Shown in pieces: positions 18,878 through 25,091 of a stretch of 25,091 nt of DNA. Below the pieces are notes generated by a model, which made no database searches, was not told the origin of the DNA, and worked only from the letters and a program-made list of their open reading frames with translations. The DNA is from Chthoniobacteraceae bacterium (lineage in GTDB: Bacteria; Verrucomicrobiota; Verrucomicrobiia; Chthoniobacterales; Chthoniobacteraceae), in the NCBI GenBank assembly GCA_031409335.1, contig JANNWY010000145.1:1-25091 (forward strand), written 5' to 3'. The position numbers and the translations under genes are program-made. Position 1 is the stretch's first letter, and every line of letters begins with the position of its first letter.

Positions 18878-20157
18878 GGGCGCGAATCCATCCAGGTCTG
18901 CGTGGCGCGCACGAGATCGAGCGCGGTCTCGGGCTTTTGCGGAAGCGCGAGCGAGCTGGACCACGCGACCTCGAAACCCGGCCCGACGTTGCCATGCGTG
19001 CCGTGGATTTTCCGCGTGTCGAAGCTCACGCTGCCGGGCGGCCAGCCGAAGAAAAGTTCGCACGGATCGTAGCCGGGCTTGTTGTGAATATCGACGTGGC
19101 TCGCGTAGTCGGGCGCTTCGCTTTTCTCAAACCACGGATAGGCAAACCACGCGCCGTTTTCCGCGATGGCGAGCAGATCGCCGCCGCGCGCGTGCAGCAG
19201 GCCGCGCGCGGCCTGTGCGTTGCGATCGAGCACTTCGGCAACGCCGGGGATGCGCAGCAGCACTTCGCGCGCGGCGACGGCGGACGCGGCGTCGCGACAA
19301 TACACGTTCGCAATCTGATGATCCACGACGGCGAACGCGCGGCTTGTGAAGAAGTCCGTGTAAGCCATGTCGCGAATGTCGCGCACGGAAAACAGTCCGG
19401 CCTCGCGGAGCGCGCGATTCGGAAAAATCGCGCCGCGTTTCACCGCCTCGATCGCGTAGTCGCCGACGAAGATCCAGTCGTAGCCAGACTCCGCGCACGC
19501 GGCCTTGATGCGGGTGAGGTAGCCGAGCAAAATATCGAGCGCCTTTTCCGCGGGCGCGCTGCCGGGGCCGTGGCGCTGAAGATCGTAGTCGAGATGGGGG
19601 ATGTAAGTGAGCAGCAGATCGGGCGCGAACTCGGGCATTCCCATCACCGCGCAAGTCGCATCGACGATCCAGTCGCTCGATTTGTGATTCGCGAGCGGGC
19701 CCCAATAATTCATCAGATTGAACGGTCGGCCCACGGCTTCATTCAAGCGCTGCCCGAGTTGTGCGGGGTGGGTGTAGCACGACTGGATCATACCGCCGCT
19801 GTGCTTGTGGATCGGCGCGGGCGTGACGACGAGATCGACCGCTTCGCCCATGCTTTGCTGCCAGAACATCATCCCGACTGTGCCGCCGCGGGCGCGGAAG
19901 TTTTCCCAGATGCGCGGCCCTTGCACGAGGGTCGCGCTTTGCTCCCAGAAGAGGACTTTCGTGAGGTCTTTGAAAAACAGTCCGTTCGCGATCATGCCGT
20001 GCGCGCCAATCTGCGCGCCGGTGCGGAAACACCCCTGAAACACACTCGTGACCGCGGGAAAAAATGTCTGCGCGGGTTGAAACTCGGGCAGGTGCGAAAC
20101 GAGATTCCAGCCGAAAGCGGCGATATCGACGACGAGCAGTTTTTTCGAGGCGGACAC
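18874..20157 (-). CDS. eboF: EboF-type alkaline phosphatase superfamily nucleotide pyrophosphatase/phosphodiesterase
   Basis: LVVD, FPAVT (Thr nucleophile), HGMIANG, YIPHLDYDLQRHG, AVVDHQIA, VDIHNKPGYDPCELF, GTHG. GTG start at 20157 is inferred. Confidence 0.85.
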   Translation of the reverse strand: MSASKKLLVVDIAAFGWNLVSHLPEFQPAQTFFPAVTSVFQGCFRTGAQIGAHGMIANGLFFKDLTKVLFWEQSATLVQGPRIWENFRARGGTVGMMFWQQSMGEAVDLVVTPAPIHKHSGGMIQSCYTHPAQLGQRLNEAVGRPFNLMNYWGPLANHKSSDWIVDATCAVMGMPEFAPDLLLTYIPHLDYDLQRHGPGSAPAEKALDILLGYLTRIKAACAESGYDWIFVGDYAIEAVKRGAIFPNRALREAGLFSVRDIRDMAYTDFFTSRAFAVVDHQIANVYCRDAASAVAAREVLLRIPGVAEVLDRNAQAARGLLHARGGDLLAIAENGAWFAYPWFEKSEAPDYASHVDIHNKPGYDPCELFFGWPPGSVSFDTRKIHGTHGNVGPGFEVAWSSSLALPQKPETALDLVRATQTWMDSRP

Positions 20158-20225
20158 GGAGGCGGAGAAAATGGGACCGCAAGAAAAGCACGGAATCTCC
20201 AAAGCGCCAGCCTCGCGACCGGCGG

Positions 20226-21503
20226 TTACAGCATTTCCGCGCGCAGCAGATCGTCGATCGTTTCGCGGCGCGAAATCATTTCGACGCTGCCATCTTCCTC
20301 CAGCCAGAGCTGCGGGGCGCGGCCGATGGAGTTGTAGTTGCTCGACATCGCGTATCCGTACGCGCCGGCATCGCGCAGTGTCAGGAGATCGCCGGGCTCG
20401 GGACGCGGCAGGTCGCGCGGCTGGAGCAGCTCGGCGTCGTCGCGGGTGAAGACGTCGCCGCTTTCGCAAAGTGGACCGGCGATCACGATCGGCTCGCGCG
20501 CGATATTCGGATCGTCGCTGTCTTTCCCGACGATATCGATGCCGTGATAGCTCCCGTACATCGCCGGCCGCACGAGATCCACGAACCCCGCATCGACCAG
20601 CGCGAAAGTCACGCCGCGCCCTTTTTCATTCGTGCGCGTCTGCTTCACATCGGTGACGCGCGCGACGAGCGTGCAGCCCGGCGCGACGTAGTAGCGGCCG
20701 GGTTCGATTTCGAGCCGCATCTCGCGTTTAGCAGCCGCGCAGAGGCGCTCGTGGCACGTCTCGAACAGCTCGCGCAACGGCTCCATCGGCACCTGCGCGC
20801 CGTGGTCGCGATAGTTGTGCGGGATGCCGCCGCCGAGGCTCACCGCGGTGAGCTTTGGAAACAGCGGCAGCAGCTTGATGAACTCGAGCGCGAGCCGCGT
20901 CAGATTTTCCTGAAGCTCCTGATACTGCGGCCCGCTGCCGATGTGCGCGTGCAGCATCGTCACCGTCATCCCCGCCGCATTTGCCGCCTGTGCCGTGGCC
21001 GCGAGATCTTCAAACCAAATGCCGTGCTTCGAACTCGGCCCGCCGGTGTCGCAAGCATTCACGTGCCCGTGGCCGAAACCGGGATTGATGCGCAGCGAAA
21101 TCAGCCCGCGATACCCCGCCGCCGCGAGATCTTGGACCATCCCAGGCGAACCGATATTTGGCAGGATGTTGTTTTCCAAAACGACCGCGAGCGCGTTGTC
21201 GCGGAAGACATCCGCCGTGAAGCAAATCGCCGGCGGCTCATTCCCCGCCGCATGGCCCGCGTGGAGCGCCCGCAGGACTTCATTTCCCGAAACCGCATCG
21301 ATCCAAATCCCCGCCGCCTTCATCTCGCGGAGCACCTTCGTCGCCGGGCAAGCCTTCATCGCAAACCGCGCCTGAATCCCCGCCGCATCCGTGATGAATC
21401 GCACATCCGCGATGCGCTGGCGGACGACGCGGGCGTCGTAAATCCAAAGTGGCGTGCCGTATTTTTCGGCGAGTGAGCGGAGCAGTGCGGGATCGTGATT
21501 CAT
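20226..21503 (-). CDS. lysA: Diaminopimelate decarboxylase
   Basis: GTPLWIYD, RFAMKA (PLP lysine), DAVSGNE, LRINPGFGHGH..CDTGGPSSKHGI, HAHIGSG, GGG, EIEPGRY, GPLCESGD, AGAYGYAMSSNYN. Start at ATG 21503. Confidence 0.95.
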   Translation of the reverse strand: MNHDPALLRSLAEKYGTPLWIYDARVVRQRIADVRFITDAAGIQARFAMKACPATKVLREMKAAGIWIDAVSGNEVLRALHAGHAAGNEPPAICFTADVFRDNALAVVLENNILPNIGSPGMVQDLAAAGYRGLISLRINPGFGHGHVNACDTGGPSSKHGIWFEDLAATAQAANAAGMTVTMLHAHIGSGPQYQELQENLTRLALEFIKLLPLFPKLTAVSLGGGIPHNYRDHGAQVPMEPLRELFETCHERLCAAAKREMRLEIEPGRYYVAPGCTLVARVTDVKQTRTNEKGRGVTFALVDAGFVDLVRPAMYGSYHGIDIVGKDSDDPNIAREPIVIAGPLCESGDVFTRDDAELLQPRDLPRPEPGDLLTLRDAGAYGYAMSSNYNSIGRAPQLWLEEDGSVEMISRRETIDDLLRAEML

Positions 21504-21518
21504 CGGAAAAAGCGCGGG

Positions 21519-21547
21519 AGTCTGGAGCGGCCTGCGCAGTCGCGCAA
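21519..21547 (-). promoter_or_regulatory. Putative lysA promoter
   Basis: Minus strand TTGCGC, 17 nt, CAGACT, 15 nt, ATG. Confidence 0.4.
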
Positions 21548-21784
21548 GGCGCTGTGTGATTTCCAGAATGTCGCAATTGGAAAGTTCGCCGTTTCGGAAA
21601 GACGATATTTTTGGCAAGCAGGCAGACGCTACTTTTGCAGTCAATTCCTCGCGGGAGATTGCACACTCGACTTTGCAGAGTTACCCCGGCCTGGGGCGAA
21701 CGATCCTCCTTTTGCCCACGAGATAGAGGAGAATGTGTCGCCCCAGCGAGGAGCCGATTCGCAAGCGTCCGCGACTCCGCGCAC

Positions 21785-22405
21785 TCACTGAATGAAGTAG
21801 CTGAGGTTTTCCAATTCGATCGCGAGATCGACATTGTTCACCACCACCGCCTCCGGGACTTGCAGGATGATCGGCGCGAAGTTGAGGATCGCGAGGATGC
21901 CGATGCCGACGAGTTCGTTGGTCACTTCCTGCGCGACCGTCGCGGGCACGGTGAGGATGGCCATCTTGATTTTTCTTTCCCTCACAAAGTCGCCGAGCTG
22001 CGCCATCGGCAACACCGGGATGCGCAGTTCGCGTTTGTGTTTTCGGGAAAGATCCACGTCGAAAGCGGCGACGACCTCGAAGCCCTCCTTGGCAAAGCCG
22101 TGGTAACGCAGCAGCGCCAGACCGAGATGCCCCGCGCCCACGAGGATCACCGGCTGAAGGTGCGTCGTGCCGAGTACATCGGTCAGCTTCGCGCTGAGTT
22201 CCTTCACGCTATAGCCGAGGCCGCGCGTGCCGAATTGCCCGAAATACGTCAGATCCTTTCGCAGTTGTGTCGGCTTCACGCCCGCCGCTTTCGCGAGCGC
22301 CGCCGAGGACACGGTTTCAACATTGTTCGGCTGGAGGCGCTGCAATGCGCGGTAGTACAGCGACAACCGATAAACCGTTTTCCGGGGGATCACTTGCTTC
22401 GACAT
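21785..22405 (-). CDS. rex: Redox-sensing transcriptional repressor Rex
   Basis: IP..TVYRLSLYYRAL, VSS..LA, QLRKDLTYFGQFGTRGLGY, Rossmann VGAGHLG.AL, ILNFAP. Confidence 0.96.
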   Translation of the reverse strand: MSKQVIPRKTVYRLSLYYRALQRLQPNNVETVSSAALAKAAGVKPTQLRKDLTYFGQFGTRGLGYSVKELSAKLTDVLGTTHLQPVILVGAGHLGLALLRYHGFAKEGFEVVAAFDVDLSRKHKRELRIPVLPMAQLGDFVRERKIKMAILTVPATVAQEVTNELVGIGILAILNFAPIILQVPEAVVVNNVDLAIELENLSYFIQ

Positions 22406-22495
22406 GAGTAAAAAGGGAGCGTAAATAACCGCAGGCAGTCGGGATGCAAAAGGAGAAGTTCGGGTGGCTGTGGTTTTGAATTGCCACAGTGCGCT

Positions 22496-24304
22496 TCAGG
22501 CCTTGCGCCCAAACTTTTTCTCCAGCTCGCCGTAGCTGATCTGGATCATCGTGGGCCGACCGTGAGGGCAGCAGTAGGGGAGTTCGCACGCGAGCAAATC
22601 CTGGATGAGGCGGACGAGTTCCGGCTCGCGCAGGACGTCGTTGGCTTTCACCGCGTGGCGGCAGACGGTTTTAGCGATCATGTCTTCGCCGAGGCGGAGT
22701 TTGGAGGATTGCGTGCTGGTCTCGCGGAGATCGTCGATGATGTCGCGCAGGAGCTGCGAGGGATCGGTGGCGCGGAGGAAAGTGGGGAGCGTGTCGATCT
22801 TGAAAGTGGCTGTGCCAAAGGCTTCGAGACCGATGCCCGCGCGTTGCAGCGTGTCGGAGTTGCGCGCGATCCAGTCGGCATCACGCGGCGAGACTTGGAG
22901 GGTGAGGGGAATGAGGAGGCGCTGCGCGGGCACGCCCTGATCCTCCATCCGCTTGCGCATTTCCTCGAAAAGGATGCGCTCGTGCGCGGCGTGCTGATCG
23001 ACCAGCACGAGACCGTTCGCGTTCTGCATGAGGACGTAGAGTTTCCCCAGGACGCCCAGGATTTTGAAGTCCTGCGATTGCGGATTGCGGATTGCAGATT
23101 GCGGATTGGATTCCGGCGCGGAGGTCGGCTCCATCGACGGCTCGTTCGATGTTCGATGTTCGACGTTCGACGTTCGATGTTCAGCCCCGCGCAGCGGCGC
23201 CGCGACCTGCTCTGGCGCGGCCCAATCCCTCCGCAACGCGAGCTGCTCCGGCTCGGGAATGAGCATGGGCACAGGCTCGGGCGCTGCGCGAAAAGTCTGC
23301 GACCATGCACCGCGATCACTCTCCAGCGTGCGGCGGATGGCTTCGACAATCGCGTCGCGCACCGTGCCCGCCTCGCGGAAACGCACCTCGCGTTTTGCCG
23401 GATGTACGTTCACATCCACGGCGGCGGGATCCATGTCGATGAAGAGGAACGTGACGGGATGCTGCCCTTTCATCAGCGCCGTGTGATAGCCCTCGCGCAG
23501 GGCGAAATTGAGCGCGCTGTTTTCCACCGGGCGACCGTTCAAAAACACGAGCTGCTGCTGCCGTCCGCTGCGGCTCACGCCCGCTTTGCCGATGCAGCCG
23601 CGGATCGCAATCGAGTCCGTCGCGAACTCGGGAATCTCCAGCAACTCCGCGGTGAGCGCCGCCCCGCACAGGTCGCGAATCCGCTCCCGCAAATGTGCGG
23701 CGGGCGGGAGCTGATAGACGACGCGCTCATCATTGACCAAGGTGAATCCGACGGCGGGATGCCCGATCGCCTGCAAATGAAGCTGATGCTCGACGTGGCT
23801 CGCCTCCGTGTTTTCGGTGCGCAAAAACTTTCTTCGCGCCGGCAGATTGTAGAAAAGCTGGCGCACCTCGACCTGCGTGCCCGGCGCGTCGCCGCCATCG
23901 CGCACCGCCTCGATCTTCCCCCCATTCACGAGCACCTCCGTCCCGACCAGCGCATCGCGTTCGCGCGTGGTGAGGCGAAAGCGCGAGACGCTCGCGATGC
24001 TCGGCAGCGCCTCGCCGCGAAACCCGAGCGTATGAATCGCCGCCAGATCGGCACCCGTGCGAATCTTACTCGTCGCGTGTCTTTCCAAACACAGCAGCGC
24101 ATCATCGCGATCCATCCCGGAGCCATCATCCACCACGCGGATCATCGAAATCCCCCCGCGCCGGATGAGCACCTCGATGCGCCCCGCGCCCGCATCGAGC
24201 GAATTCTCCAGCAGCTCCTTCACCACCGAAGCCGGCCGCTCCACTACCTCGCCCGCCGCGACCTGGCTGGCGACGGCTTCGGAGAGGAGAGCGATGCGGG
24301 ACAT
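22496..24304 (-). CDS. mutL: DNA mismatch repair endonuclease MutL
   Basis: QVAAGEVVERPASVVKELLENSLDAGA, RHATSKI, TLGFRGEALPSI, DVNVHPAKREV; endonuclease motif DQHAAHERILFE, clamp-binding-like QRLLIP, CPHGRP. Start at ATG 24304. Confidence 0.97.
   Translation of the reverse strand: MSRIALLSEAVASQVAAGEVVERPASVVKELLENSLDAGAGRIEVLIRRGGISMIRVVDDGSGMDRDDALLCLERHATSKIRTGADLAAIHTLGFRGEALPSIASVSRFRLTTRERDALVGTEVLVNGGKIEAVRDGGDAPGTQVEVRQLFYNLPARRKFLRTENTEASHVEHQLHLQAIGHPAVGFTLVNDERVVYQLPPAAHLRERIRDLCGAALTAELLEIPEFATDSIAIRGCIGKAGVSRSGRQQQLVFLNGRPVENSALNFALREGYHTALMKGQHPVTFLFIDMDPAAVDVNVHPAKREVRFREAGTVRDAIVEAIRRTLESDRGAWSQTFRAAPEPVPMLIPEPEQLALRRDWAAPEQVAAPLRGAEHRTSNVEHRTSNEPSMEPTSAPESNPQSAIRNPQSQDFKILGVLGKLYVLMQNANGLVLVDQHAAHERILFEEMRKRMEDQGVPAQRLLIPLTLQVSPRDADWIARNSDTLQRAGIGLEAFGTATFKIDTLPTFLRATDPSQLLRDIIDDLRETSTQSSKLRLGEDMIAKTVCRHAVKANDVLREPELVRLIQDLLACELPYCCPHGRPTMIQISYGELEKKFGRKA
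23076..23108. repeat. Heptamer tandem array (GATTGCG) x ~4.7 inside mutL
   Basis: GATTGCG GATTGCG GATTGCA GATTGCG GATTG; encodes NPQSAIRNPQS on the minus strand. Confidence 0.95.
23144..23182. repeat. Heptamer tandem array (GTTCGAY) x ~5.5 inside mutL
   Basis: GTTCGAT GTTCGAT GTTCGAC GTTCGAC GTTCGAT GTTC; encodes EHRTSNVEHRTSN on the minus strand. Confidence 0.95.
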
Positions 24305-24313
24305 TTGGCGCGA

Positions 24314-24342
24314 AGTTTCAAACGCCCAGCGACAGGTGACAA
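24314..24342 (-). promoter_or_regulatory. Putative mutL promoter
   Basis: Minus strand TTGTCA, 17 nt, GAAACT, 9 nt, ATG. Confidence 0.4.
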
Positions 24343-24396
24343 GCGGCAACCCGCCGGGTGCCCAGGGGAGGGTGTGATTTGCTGAAAACGGGATTG

Positions 24397-24528
24397 GAAC
24401 CGCTAATCTCCGCTAATCTTCGCCAATCGAGACGAGATTGGGGAGAATCTGGACGGCACCCGAAAGGTGAGAGCGTCAATCTCTGCAACCTGTTGGGGTT
24501 AGCGTAGATCAGCCGAGAATGGCGGTTC
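24397..24528. repeat. 132-bp element with 32-bp imperfect terminal inverted repeats built from a 10-mer (CCGCTAATCT)
   Basis: Left arm GAACCGCTAATCTCCGCTAATCTTCGCCAATC versus reverse complement of right arm GAACCGCCATTCTCGGCTGATCTACGCTAACC (25/32 identical). Confidence 0.75.
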
Positions 24529-24576
24529 AATTTCCGAAGCTAGGCCAATGAGACTACGGCTTGACCTGCAATTCGT

Positions 24577-24607
24577 CCTCGTTCCAAAACGCTGTTTGGG
24601 AACGAGG
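24577..24607. repeat. REP-like palindrome
   Basis: CCTCGTTCCAAAAC-GCT-GTTTGGGAACGAGG, 14-bp arms with one mismatch. Confidence 0.75.
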
Positions 24608-24957
24608 CGCGGAGAATGGGCTTGTTGCCCAAGTCGCGGCCTCTTCCGTAAAGCGGGCTGACCGAGATCGAGACCGGAGAGGCCATCGACACGCTGATGA
24701 TGGCTTTCGACACCGGCGATGGAGGCGCTCTTGGCGAAAGAACCCGCGAGATTCCGCAACTGGCGCTTCTTCTGACGGATGGCTCCGCACAGCTGCCGAC
24801 CGCCGGATCGACCGCGGAGGCTGAGAGGCTGCGCCAGGAACGGGAGAACCCACCCGCGCCAAGGAAAAGGATCATCACTCACTGGGAAGGGAACACCGTT
24901 CCGCGCGCGCCGGTCAGAGAGTCAATCGTCCTTTTGCACATATGCACGGACTGACCC

Positions 24958-25091
24958 GAATGGCATTAAGTTAAGCGTCCTTTTGGATAAGTATGCGTGG
25001 CCGGTTTCGATGGGGTGGAACACGCATCTCCGCTCTTGGCTTGGTTAGTAAGTGATAGTTCTTCGCGCGGCGCTTCTTTGCGCGCGGTTCG
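24958..25091 (-). mobile_element. IS4-family insertion sequence end (truncated by window edge)
   Basis: Terminal GAATGGCATTAAGTTAAG resembles the AATG...AGTTAAG IS4-group inverted repeat and overlaps the transposase stop codon. Confidence 0.7.
24971..25090 (-). CDS. IS4-family transposase, last 39 aa (5' truncated; not in ORF track)
   Basis: Manual translation EPRAKKRRAKNYHLLTKPRAEMRVPPHRNRPRILIQKDA*; EPRxxKRRxKxYxLLTKPR is a C-terminal motif I recognise from IS4-group transposases. Confidence 0.75.
   Translation of the reverse strand, partial: EPRAKKRRAKNYHLLTKPRAEMRVPPHRNRPRILIQKDA

Noticed and set aside
21504..21784. Lysine riboswitch upstream of lysA
   Set aside because: No L-box consensus elements seen, and a promoter-like motif lies only 15 nt from the start codon.
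21504..22495. Rex operator near rex or lysA
   Set aside because: No convincing TTGTGAA-N4-TTCACAA-like palindrome in either intergenic region.
23076..24528. CRISPR array
   Set aside because: Repeats are 7-10 bp tandem units without spacers, and there are no cas genes in the window.
24499..24882. Minus-strand ORFs of 102-127 aa upstream of mutL
   Set aside because: They run through palindromic repeats and have no protein-like motifs.
1..25091. Composite transposon formed by the two terminal IS elements
   Set aside because: The ends belong to different families (IS630 and IS4) and enclose housekeeping genes; more likely a contig broken at multicopy ISs.

Overview
High-GC chromosomal segment, most likely from Verrucomicrobiota (Chthoniobacterales-like), inferred from a PEP-CTERM protein and a lamin-tail/CotH giant protein with an RRFYKV-type C-terminus. 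It is bounded by the 3' end of an IS630-family transposase (left) and the 3' end of an IS4-family transposase missing from the ORF track (right). Left to right it holds: a PEP-CTERM beta-strand-repeat protein whose stop codon appears hit by the IS630; an FAA-hydrolase-family gene; an alpha/beta-hydrolase lipoprotein; a decayed integrative element at the 3' end of tRNA-Lys(UUU) (deleted integrase, intact DUF433/PIN toxin-antitoxin pair, frameshifted terminase small subunit); a TPR protein; a HAD hydrolase; a 2098-aa multi-lamin-tail CotH-kinase protein; a 3D-domain lipoprotein; a reduced ebo cluster (eboF-eboD-eboE); lysA; rex; mutL; and REP-like palindromes. Most notable are two 7-bp tandem arrays in the MutL linker (candidate mutator switch), the three-gene ebo module, the phage/satellite relic retaining only its TA pair, and promoter-like motifs directly before start codons. 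All family calls come from motif recognition by eye; no database searches were run.
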